Shown here: in pieces, positions 25,911 through 38,165 of the stretch
Position numbering within the stretch: the first letter of the stretch is position 1
How the letters are laid out: every line of letters starts with the position of its first letter
Origin: Geosiphon pyriformis uo1
Taxonomy: Eukaryota; Fungi; Glomeromycota
DNA length: 52,272 bases
Direction: 5' to 3'
Assembly (NCBI GenBank): GCA_016748015.1
Contig: JAAOMT010000528.1
Coordinates: 1 to 52,272 of the forward strand
Made by a program: the position numbers and the translations under genes
Notes under the pieces: model-generated
Databases searched by the model: none
The model's input: the letters and a program-made list of their open reading frames with translations, nothing else
What the model was told of the DNA's origin: nothing

Positions 25911-28900
25911 ATGAGCAACAAAAGGAAAATCACTGAAAGCGAAGCAAGTACTTCTTCGGCTGATTCGACTATAGAAATTAAAAGAAGGAAAACAGAGGAC
26001 TCTATAATCCCCGACGTTAGTACATCTGATGCGTCTAACTCAAGCATAAATGACCTGAAAACAGAACTAACTCATGGTAAAGTAGACTTTGGTATGAGTA
26101 TTATTTTTTGGAGAATCACTCATTGTCATCTACGAAAAAAATTAGGTTTAGAGGACCTTGACATTGGTGGTGAATCTGCCCAAGACAATGTGGGCAAAGA
26201 GGAAGTTGAAACTCCAAGTCAAGATGTTACCCCAAACAAAGAAGAAATCGAGACATGGGCTCCACAACAAATTAATAAGTTCCTTAAGAAAAAGAGTAAA
26301 GAGTTATTCCTTAGAGAAAAAGATCTCAATATAATCAAGGATAACTGGATTGCCGGTCAAGACTTCCTGTTGTTAACCAAAGAAGAACTTATGCGATACG
26401 GCTTAAAAGGAGGACCAGCAACGAGAATTGCTTTTTTGGTTGAAAAACTTAAAGTTGAAAAGCAAGGTAATTAGTGAGCGAATATTGCAACAATCTGTTG
26501 ATTCATCATCAAAAATTATTAAATATGATCATATTGTGAGAATATTTGGAATGCATTACAACACGCACATTGAGAGGAGTATAAAATAAAGCATAATAAA
26601 TATTATTCATCGGTTGTGGATACATTTTTTCTGTATATTGCCTAACATCCGCTGACTCACTCATCTATCCATACTCGTGTCCCTCCATAGCCATTCGTGA
26701 GTAATCTTCTTCATATTCGCAATGTACCTTCGCAAAAATTATGCTGCTATTCATTATCTCTCACATAATCGCTTGTATACACACCTCAGACCCTAACTAA
26801 TGATTTTGCCTATTCCACATCTTTGGTGCTGATCCTATATCTTTTAGAAACAATATTGGATTTCAGGTATGATCCGAAGGAGTACATCGCCGTGGAGAAA
26901 GCATTTTCGGACTCGGAGTACTGCGATCCTCATGGTGTTGTCAAATCGTTCTGCGAGCACGTTGACAAAAACATGATGCAGTGGGATTCGAAAGAATACT
27001 ACTCACCGTACTGTGCCCTGATACAAGCTTCCGCCTTTGGAAAGTCTCGACTGATGGTTGAGATCGGGAAATTTTTACCCGTTTCGTATGTTTGTCTTCG
27101 CAAAGAATACAGTAACGGATATCCACCTCGTTGTCCAATTGCTGATATCCTAACCGGAAAGAAAAAGCTTAACTATACAACCGAACTAATTGCCGACATG
27201 GGCAAAGTATATGTTGCATATTTTTGTGCAGTATTCGATCTCATCAACGACTTTTTCAATGATATGAATGCCGAAGGATTGGCAGAACGCTGGATCCAAA
27301 AACAAATTTCCAAAGAATCATCGCAGGATTTTTGGAGCGCAGTAGAAGTGAAAATGAGAGAAATCATTCTGCAGCTTCCGTCTGGGACTAAAAATCCGAA
27401 TGAACCTACATATATCACAGAATTGGGAGCGTTTGTATCTCAATACTGGAATTTAACGAGATTATGTTTGGAAAGACTCTGGAGAATTGATGATTATGAA
27501 GTTAAATCACGGTACTTGTTTGTTTTTGACGAAGCAAGGATCCTGAATGAAAAGATAGAACAGACCTGGAGCAACTTCGAGTGGTTGCGATATGCCATGA
27601 TGACACTTCCTGAACAATATCATAATGGAAGAGTGTTTTGTGTCTTCTTGGACACTACTTCCAAGATCTCCAATTTCAGTCCTCCCAATCATCTAGATCC
27701 TTCATTTCGTGTGCATCAAAAAGGACGCAAACTGTTTCCTCCATTCGTTGAAGTCGCGTTTGTCGACCTTCCTGCTGAAAGGTTGCCGCAATCCTTGGCT
27801 GAATCATCTCTACCACAGCACTTTTTTAAATTCGGAAGACCATTATGGACGGCTTTGCATAGATCTGGCAATCTCAGATCGGCCGCCGTCATATCAATCG
27901 CGACAAGCAAGCTAATCGGTGGCATGGATTACAACAGCTGGCTAGATAAAAAGAAGAATGGAGAACGGATCAGTGATCTGGAGTGCCTTGGAATTCTTGG
28001 TCCTCGTCTTTGTCTGGACATTGTTCCTCAATGCGAATTGGCCCCAACACTTACTGCAAGCTACATGCGCCCTTGTTTCTACATCAACGACGCTCGAACC
28101 ACAATTATGACAGGATGCATATCAGAAGCAACACTCGCCGAAGCTTCAGCCCATGTCACCAGTGAATCTCAAGGAGTTGGGTTGGTAAGAGTTTTGGAGC
28201 CTCTCATAAACATGATGAAGGAAGGACTGGTCGAGGGAGGATACAGAGGGGAAGTGGTTGCGCGCCTTATTTTGTTGCATGCGTGGGACCGTGCTTGTGA
28301 TGCATTGCCGTCGTTGATTAACGAAGAGAGTTCGAATTGGTTTTCTCGTCCTATGCCTCTGGTATCCTACCTGAAATATCTCCTTAATTATAAAGTCTAC
28401 TGCGATGTGATTTGTAAGATGGATGAAGACGACATTAAGAAGAAGTTGTTGAAAGCATATATTCGATTTAACCATTTCGTTGCGATCACCTATACACCGC
28501 GTCCCAGGCATATTCTTGAAGCACTTAAGCGCGGCACTGCTTTTGTCTGCAAGCGAAATCAACAAGGGACAGACTTGATCATTCCTTTGGTAATGAACAT
28601 TGGGATCCATGGCCATATGAGTTTGGAAAATATTTCGTATGTTCTGGTCTCTGTGAAGAACTATCAAAAGAGCGCAGATAATAACTACTTCAACAATGCG
28701 ACAAGCATGAATTCTCCGTCAAATGTCAGAATCGAACAATTACCCACCTTGCCTTTCTTATCGTTGTACATGCAATTCGGTAAAGTGGCAGGTGTAGATG
28801 AGGAATATAACATCCCTCAAGTTGGTACACTCTCTCGAACCACAGAGTCAAATATGAAGGAGATTCAAAGGCGTGAAAAAAATGAAGGATTTTCTGGGAG

Positions 28901-29408
28901 TTTGCCACGGAAACGGAAATGCGAGTCTAATTCTGAAGATAGCGAAGTGAACAACAGCGATGAGCATGCATACAGACTTAGCTATCAGTTTGCAATCGGA
29001 TTGTTTGGTCTCACTGCATATGGCTTTTTGCAGGAAAATGATAGCGGGAATCAGTTGCTGAACACTGTTCGACAATTGCTAGTGGCTTGGCGGGATCCTG
29101 TCGATTGTCAAACGGATGAAAAGAAGCGTTTCCTGGTTCAGCAGATGCAACCAATGGTGTATACGTCAGAAGAGGCTGCTATAAGTTCACGATCCCAGTC
29201 GAGAAGCCAGTCAACAACTCCCAGTGTGAAAACTGGTGTTCATCCTGAAACCAGAGAAACTGAAAGTTCTTTGACAACAGCATCTTTTGATTCAAGAGAG
29301 CAAAAACTAATTCCTAATCAGCAGAAGTTTGAAGCGGACATCGCACAAGCCATTGAAGCATGCAAAATGTTCCAGGAGAAAGCGGCAAAGGCAAATGTGG
29401 TTGCTTAA
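25911..29408 (+). CDS. Crinkler/CR-effector-like protein: SAM-like header + P-loop NTPase + restriction-endonuclease-like domain (~1017 aa, spliced)
   Basis: Proposed exons are 25911-26076, 26146-26466, optional 26691-26696 and 26848-29408, all GT-AG with compatible phases. SAM-like ETWAPQQINKFL...IAGQDFLLLTKEELMRYGLKGGPATRI. Walker A-like QASAFGKSR and Walker B FVFDEA. REase-like NQQGTDLIIP...VSVKN. NLS-like KRK, KRRK and RKRK. The large exon is uninterrupted. Confidence 0.8.
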
Positions 29409-30498
29409 CACTGATTCCGAGAGAAGAGTTTGCTGAATTACAATATATTTTTAATGATCCAATTGAAAGCAATAAATGGTAAAAGAATAACTACCAGTTG
29501 GCATCTTAAAAAGAAAACATGTACTAATAAGCAAATATTTTACTATTGAGATCACAATATACTACTTTGTTAAAAAATATTTTAGAAATTGGTTGCACTC
29601 ATTTGGAAAACATTTAGAAATAAATAATATAATGCTTACAAAAAAGAAAAAGTGAAAAATTTATTAAAAAAATACAAAAAACATTTATTTAAGGCTAAAT
29701 TAAAAAGAAATTATTACAAAAATATGACAGATAAGTATTTTATAATAAATAATAAAGTTGATTATTATAGTATTAATATTATTGTTTATTATAGTTATAA
29801 TTAAACACAAAATATTTACATCTTATATTTTAATTAATAAGTAAATAAAATTTATTATTTTAATTTGTATAAAATATATTTATTTAATATTTAAAATAAA
29901 ACAATTAATTATATTTTTAATAAAAACAAAATAATAAGCAAAAGTTTTAATAACATATTGAATTAATATTTAATAAAATTAAAAAATTGAATAAAGATAA
30001 AAAGTATTTAAAATTTATTTGTAATAATATAAATAAAAATAATAAAAATAATACTACTATTTAATTTTATTTATATTTAATAATTATAAAAATATTGTAT
30101 AAAATTTTATAATATTTAAAAATATTAAATTTAAATATAATAATAATTTTAAATATTAAAATTATAAAATTAAATAAAACTTAATATTGTAATTATTATT
30201 AAAATTTTTAATATTAAATTTGAATTTTATATTAGAATTTTTTTTCCTTTTATGCTTTTCTATAGTTAAAAAATTTATTATTTATATAATTATTAAAAAT
30301 AATAAATAACCAAATTAATAATTAAGTCAATAATTAGATCAACAATTAAATTAATAATTAATAAAAACTATAATTTTTAACTATAATATTTTTTTTCTAA
30401 AAAAATTAGACTTAAGCAAAATTAGATTATTTATAAATATTTTAGTTGAAAAATTTTATTTAACTTAAAACTAATTAGCTTAATAAAATATATATATA

Positions 30499-32790
30499 TT
30501 TTTTTTTTATTATGTTTTAACAAAGTGTGTTCAAACACAATTTAATGCTATATGCCACTAAAGAATTACAAATTAGACATGAATCACGTATTTTTATATG
30601 TAACAAATCATCTGAGTCAGTCAAAGCACTAACTAAGCTAAAACAATAAAAGGTGGGAATAATCCCAATTCACAAATTTTTTCAATAACTCCATTTAGAT
30701 TCCTAAAATCAAAAATAAACTCACTAAAAAATAATCTAGTAGATTCAACACTACTCCTAATCTCAGCACCTGACATCTGTCACAAAGCTATAACATGTTC
30801 AATAATGTTCTTACTTAAAAAAGAAGGTTTGGCAGCCTACATATCATCATAATCTATGCCACCAAAGTCAACTTCAGATCTGAGACAAGCAATGTTCTTA
30901 GACATACTAACCAAAAGGTTGACAAAATTGTTAGAAGCATATTTTATGGAAAGGAAATCTTTCTTAAACTAAACAGCTTTAACAGCATTATCATTAAGGA
31001 GATAAGATACCAAGGCAACCAAAGAGCCAACAGGTTCAACAATAGACTTTACCAAAGCAGCCAAATCCGAAATTTGCTTTTCCAAAGAATCCAATCTGAA
31101 CTCAACAACAGAATTAATAATAGCCACAGAAGAGACAGAAGCCACCAAAGAAGAGAATTTAGACATAACAAGAGCAGATGCTTTAGTATAAGACAAAAAA
31201 CCAACAAAACATGGTTTGAACACCTTGGGAGTCTTAAGAGAGGGAGATGAAACAACTTCACAGTCTACAATCAAGTAACCTATTTCTTGACACTAAAAAC
31301 AGTGCTGACAATTAAAAGTCTTCTACCAAATACAGCACTTTCTAAGTGTATCAGTTTTGGCAACAGTAAGATCTAAATCAGCTTGAGAGCCAAATGTAAC
31401 TATAGCAAAGTGGAAATGACAACCAGAATTAGGAGACCAAGGAATAAAACAAGTCTGACCACTGACTTGAGAAATTATATTACTAATTTCAAAAGCAATA
31501 CAGCCAGGAGGAAGGTTGACCAACTTGGTCTTAAACCTATTACAAGACAAAATAGTCTCATTTTGATTCACCAGAGAGAGGATCCTAACACTATCCTTGC
31601 CCATTAAAACTGACCAATGATTCAAAGCAAACATAGTAGAGTCCAACTTTTCAAAATAAATCACCACATACTGCCAAACACTAGCAGACTTCAGCACAAC
31701 ATAAGTGATACTACCAAACACACTGAGAGCTGTTTTAATGTTAGCAGCAGACACATTCAAGAAACATTATGAAGCATGACAGCAGCAGAAGAGGAACCAA
31801 ACTCAAAAATTACCAAAGACTTGGCAATTTTGAGGGTGGCCAAATGTACAGAGCTTGTAAGTTCAACTAAGAATACAGTTTCCAAAGACACTTAAGAAGC
31901 AAACTCCACACAAAACAGCTTTACATTGTCTTTATATACCAATTTTGCATTCAAGAAACCATGTACTGACTGAAAAACAGTCTTAACATGAGTCAATTTG
32001 ATTTTAAAAGTAGCACCAGACACCAGAGTAGAGGCCACCTACTTAGAAAATCTTTGACAACTAATAATAGTTTCCCAAGCACCACCAGAAACAGCACCAA
32101 AAACTAGAGAAGAAAATGATTCAGTTTCCATTTGATCAGCCCAGTTCCCAAGAACAGGTAACTCAATAGAAGAAGATTGCTTTGCTTCTAAAATTGGCAA
32201 TGATCTGCCAGAAGACACCATATTTGGTGACACAGCCAGTGGTTAATCTTGGTCCATCTTGGATGACATATCAGATGATGCTACAGAGATTTTATCTAAG
32301 ATCTCATTGGGAACCACAAAGGAGTTCGGTGTAACAATAGCAAAAGCAAGTGACTGCCTCCATTTTTCTGAACTTTTGGTCTTTTTGACCATTTTTTTTG
32401 AAGAAGAAGTGCTGGAAGCACTAGAAGTTGAAGCTATAGATAGAAAAACCAGCTTATTTACTGGTCTGTTATTAAAAACTTTTGGGCTCTTAGTTGAAGT
32501 AGAGACAACACTAAGACTAACTCAAATGTGTCTCTTTAAGGGAATTTTGACTGGTGAGAAACCAGCCAAAGATGAGGAAGTTGCTTCAGTAATTACCAAA
32601 AGCAGCTTATCACAATTATTGGGTAAAAGGAAGACTTCTAAAACGTTTTGCCTAGTTGCTTTTACAACAGAGAGAGCTCTTCTGGTTGAAATTTTATTAA
32701 ATATCTCAGAACAGATATTAAGTGCAGCTTTTTTACTCTTTGCTCTGGTTGTGGTCATAAAATTAAAGAGACAAAGAGTTTTTTTATAAA
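30499..32790 (-). mobile_element. ORF1/Gag-like-only poly(A) retroelement, copy 1 (decayed)
   Basis: One broken ORF starting at MTTTRAKSKK (32758). It has RRM-like segments (IKTALSVFGSI..YVVIYFEK; AIVTFGSQADLD), a decayed knuckle CF*CQEIGYLIVDC and a coiled coil (RLDSLEKQISDL). A short 3'UTR leads to AATAAA/poly(A) at about 30500. Confidence 0.7.
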
Positions 32791-33299
32791 GTTAAATTCA
32801 TTTCTAAAATATATAGAATTTAAAATAAAATAAATTTGTATTCAAAAAATCAAATTTTTGTATAAAAATTTCACAATAATTGATATTTAATCATATAATA
32901 TTTAAAATTTTTATTTGTATTTTTAACATTATTTTTTTTTAAAGTTTTGTTTTTTATAATTTTATTAAGTTAATTATAAGACTTTAATTGTTTTTTATAT
33001 AATAAATTTTTATTTATAAACAAAATTTTTTTAATTATTTTTTTATGTATATTAATAGATAATAAATAAAAATATAAACTTTTTTTTTATTTTATAATTA
33101 TAATTAGAACAAAAAATAAAAAAAGTTTAAACATTATTTTTTATAATAACTAATAAAGTTTTAACAAAAAAAAATTTTTCTATTATTAAAACAATTAGAC
33201 AAAATATTTTAACAACATTTTTTTTAAATATTAATAGTAAAAAGCTGTTTTTAATAATTTTTAAAATATTTTTTTTGTTTTTGATTAATAGTTCTTTTT

Positions 33300-34740
33300 T
33301 AATCAAAGTTTTTTTCAAGAAATATATTTAAATTAATTTTAATGTTGTTTTTACTTTTACCAAAAGCCTTAAAGTTTTTAATAATAGGCCAATAAACAAA
33401 CTAATATTTTCTGTTCTTATTATTAAAATTGTTACTATTATTTTGCAAATAATCAAAAAAACTAAAAACTTAAAAAATAGCAATAATTATTTACATTTAC
33501 TATTATTATATTAAACTTTTTTGTAATTTTAGATAAAATCTTGAATAAAATTTTTTAGCAATAAATAATAATAACAATAACATATTTTCTAAAATAAACC
33601 AAGATTAATTAATAATTATATTATCAAATATAGTGTTTTTTAACAGATTATTATTAATCTTAAAAACAAACCAAATTATTAAGTTATTTAATCTTAAAAA
33701 TTAAGTTAATCAAATAAAAATCAAATTAACATTTTTTTATGTTTTTTGGTATTGCTTTTAATAGTATCTAAAAAAAATTCCAATTATTTAACATTTTTTG
33801 AATAGAAAATTTCTATTCTAATATTTAATATTACTTTTAAGACTAAATTAGTCTTTATTAATTCTTTGTTTTATTTATTATTTGACTTTGTTTAGCTTAA
33901 ATTAATTTTAAAGAACAATATTAAATTGTTTTATATAATTCTTTTGATACATTTTTTAATAATATTAAAAATATTTTTAATATGTTTAATATTATTATTT
34001 TGGTTGAATTAAAACTTGCTGGCTTGTAATAATATGTTATTGTTAATTTTAAAAACTTTTTTTCTGCTGTTGTTGTTTTTGATAACTAATTTGTATTAAT
34101 AAAAAAAACAGTATTTAGATTTTTTTTTAATTAAAAAGAGATTATTATTTTATATAATATTTTCAAGACCAAATTAATTAATTTTTTTTCCAGGTGTATT
34201 GTTTTTGAAATTAGTAATATAATTTTTCAGATGGATAATTATACTTGTTTTATTTTTCGTTTTTTTGATTTTTATTATCATTAATATTTTGTTGTTATAA
34301 TATTTAACTATTGTAAATTTTTAAATCTTGTAATTATAAAAATTAGTACTTTGTATAAATATTGTATTTAATAGAAAATTTTTAAATATTATTGCTATTA
34401 TAAATATTAAAATTAAGAATATTTGTTTGTTAATTACAAAATATTATTGTCTTTTTTTTCAGATTATTTATCAAGTTTTCTGTTAACTTAAGTTTTTAAA
34501 TTAATTTTAATTAATAAAAAGTTTTATGCTAAGATTTTTGCTTTTTTTGTTTTTTTTTTACTGTTTTTCTAATTATATCTGCTGTTAATTTTGTTTTCAA
34601 ATCTAAATTGGATTTTTTGGAATTTCAGATTTTAATTTTGGCTATTTTAGTTAAGTTTGTTGTAAAGTTTATTGGTTTTTTAATTACTTTAGTTACTATT
34701 TTTTTAATCATTTTTTTATGGAATTTAAAAGTTTAATTTG
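33300..34740 (+). mobile_element. Same ORF1-like element, copy 2 (opposite strand, heavily decayed)
   Basis: KSLKVFNNRPINKLIFS (33363), PGVLFLKLV/AFEISNII-type stretch (~34190) and SKLDFLEFQILILAILVK (~34600) line up colinearly with copy 1. Confidence 0.65.
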
Positions 34741-35947
34741 TGTTATTTAAGATAAGATGTTATTATTCAAGTAAAAAAACTAATCAGAATTTTATTAAAA
34801 AAATATGATTAACATATAATAATACAAGATAATACAGAATAATATAAAATAATTCATAATAATATAAATTAAAACCAAAAAACTAACAATAATATAAAAT
34901 AACTAGTTATAATATAAAAAAATAAAGCAATAATTAATTTAATAAATAATAACTAATAATAACAAGCAAGTAAAAACAATTTTGTAAAATTAAAAAATAT
35001 ATATAAAAATAAATAATTTAAACAAACAGAAAGAACAGAATAAAATTTATTTTAATTCTTAATAATACTTTTAAACTTATTTTTTTTATTAAATTTTCCT
35101 ATATTTTTTATTGCTTAAATAAAATTTTATCTTAAAACTTGTTATTAAAAGTTAATTTATAATTAAATTACTTATCTTTATTTTAAGTCATATGTAATTA
35201 GCATAAAAATTTTTGAAAATTTAATAATTTAAATCAATTGTTTTTAATTATAATAATTAATAAAATATTACTTTTTTTTTATTTAAGAAGTAATAATATT
35301 ATATATTAATTGTTTTAAAATAAAAATTTGTAATAATTTGGTAAAAAAAAGCTTTTTTTAATTTTAGGATATATTAATTTTATTTTATTAATTTATTAAA
35401 ATAATAATAAGATATTATCAGATTTTAATAATTATAATCAAATAATGCAGAATAAAACAACTATAAAATACAACTGTTAAGACAATATTTTTGTGTTTTA
35501 TAACCAAAAAACTTAATAGATAAAACTAAATTATAAATATCAAACATTATAATTATACTTATTAAGTTTACTTATAATAGTATTTATTTTTAATAAATAT
35601 AGTGTTTAAGTTTAAATGTGATTTTGATACTAACTTTATAAAAAAATAGTATAAAATTTATTATTAGATAAATTAATATTATAAGTTAATTATTTTTTGA
35701 GAATATTAACTTAATTTTGTTAAATTTAATACAAATACAACTGCTATATAATTGAGTAATTTTGTTAATAATAATAATATATTAATTATTATAATAAGTA
35801 AAATGTTTTCTTAAAATAAGTTTTTTTTTATAGTTTTAATATAATATTGTTTTGACTGGTTTAAATAGCCAATTATATATAAAAAAAACATAATTTATAT
35901 TTAGTTTAAATTATTTAGTTTAATATATTATATTAATTATAATTAAG

Positions 35948-38165
35948 TTTTTTTTTTATTAAAATTTAACAAGTATGGCCCAACCACTATCTAATATTTT
36001 GAAATAAACTAAGTATTTTAAACTCAGTAAAATTTACGTGCTTTCTATATATAATTAATTACTTAAGTCAGTTTAAGCTATACTATGCTGACAATTTACA
36101 AGAAAACTTGTCCAAAGTAGATATTTTTTAAATTATATCAAACAAAATAAGACTACTAGGAACCAATTTAACAAGCCACTCAGCTGTTTTTATGAGATTA
36201 GACCTAATCTTAAGAAATTCAAATTCCCAAAGTGCTATTAACTTACTAAACACATTATCACTTATTTTAATTAAAACTTCAGAATCACTAAACAAATTAA
36301 TATCATCCATATTACACTCAGTTTTTAATGCTACTATTTTTTTTTCTAACTTATCAACAGATTTACTAAAAGCACTTAAATGCATTATAAGCTTATTAAC
36401 TTTGTTTCCAAGCTTGTTGCTTAATATAAGATTATTCTTAATAAATTGTTTAAAGACAGTTACCAATCCCTTTACAGACTTAACAATAGATTCAATTAAT
36501 ATTAACAACTTGGCCAAATCAAATTTCAAAGACACTAGTTAAAACAAAATAAAAAAATCATTTACAACTCCAAAAAAAAAATAGAAGTTACTAATAGAAA
36601 GAATTCAGAAGAGCTCAGAGAAACAAACATTTTAACATAAAATTTTATACCCACAAAGTATAAAGCAAACATTTTGGGAGCCTTAAAAAAAAAGGCAGAG
36701 ATATTTTATAATCTACAGCCAAATAACTTATTTTTTAACACCTAAAACAGTGCTGACAATCAGATGTTTCCTATTAAATATGACATTTTCTTAATATAGC
36801 AGTCTTAACAACAACAGCATTCAGATCAATTTAAGATCCAAATGTAACCAAAACAAATCAGAAATAACAACCAAAATCAGAAGAACAAGAAATAAAACAT
36901 GTTGATCACCAACCTAAAAAACCATATTATTAATTTCAAAAGCAGTACAGTCAAAAAGAAGATTAATCAACTTGGTTTTAAATCTATTACAAAACAAAAT
37001 AGTCTCATTTTGTTTCACTAAAACTAATTAATAATTTAAAGCAGATATAACAAAATCCAATTTTTTAAAATAAACAAACACATATTGCCAAATATTAGTA
37101 GACTTCAATACAATATAATCAATATTACCAAATACACTCAAAAGCACATCACACAACACAACAGTAGTAAAAAAAAATCAGATCCAGAAACCACCAAAAA
37201 CTTGGCAATTTTAAGAGTGGCCAAATGAACAGAACTTATAAGCTCAACCAAAATGCAGCTTTTAAAGACTTATGAGAAGCAAACTCCATATAAAAGAGCT
37301 TTACATTGTCTTTTGACACTGATTTTGCATTCAAAAAACCATGTACAGACTAAAAAACAGTCTTAATATATACTAATTTAATCTTAAAAGTAGTATCAAA
37401 CACCAGAATAAAGACTATTTATTCAGTAAACTTTTAATGACTAGCAATAATTTTTTAAATACTACCAATAACAGTACCAAAAACCAGAAAAGAAGATAAT
37501 TTAGTTTTTATCTGGTCAACTCAGTTCTTGAGAACAGATAATATTATAGGAAATAGTTGTTTTGCTTTTAAAACTGGCAATAATCTGCTAGAAAACACTA
37601 TATTTAACAATACAGCCAGTAATTAATCTTGGTTTATCTTAGATGACATGTTAAATAATACTATAGATATCTTACCTAAGATCTTATTAAGAACCACAAA
37701 AAGGTTTGATGTAACAATAACAAAGACAAATAACTGTTTCCACTTTTCTGAACTTTTGGTTTTTTTGAATATTTTTTTGAAGAAGAAGTACTAGCAGCAT
37801 TTAGTGTAGAAACTATGAAAAAAAAACCAGTTTGTTGACTAGTTTGTTATTAAAAATTTTTGGGCTTTTTAAAAGAATAGAGATAATACTGGAATTGATC
37901 TAAGTATGTCTTTTTAAGAAAATTTTGACTAATAAAAGACCAGTTAAAGATAAAAAAGTTGCTTTAGTAGTTACCAAAGACAACTTTTTACAATTACTAA
38001 GTAAAAAAAAGGCTTCTAAAATGTTTTGTCTGATTGGTTCTACAACACAGAAAGCATCTCTAATTAAAATTTTATTAAATATCTCAAAAAAAATATCAAG
38101 TACAGCTTTTTTACTCTTTGTTTTGGTTGTGATTATAAAATTAAGAAGACAAAAAGCCTTTTAAG
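35948..38165 (-). mobile_element. Same ORF1-like element, copy 3 (decayed; divergent C-terminus)
   Basis: Colinear nucleotide similarity to copy 1 over about 36740-38160 (e.g. CTTGGCAATTTTRAGRGTGGCCAAATG). AATAAA/poly(A) at about 35950. Confidence 0.7.

Noticed and set aside
26941-29075. Several antisense or alternate-frame ORFs
   Set aside because: They are shadows of the GC-richer 861-aa frame.
32259-38164. Plus-strand ORFs 32259-32789, 36192-36542 and 37925-38164
   Set aside because: Antisense shadows of the minus-strand ORF1-like elements.
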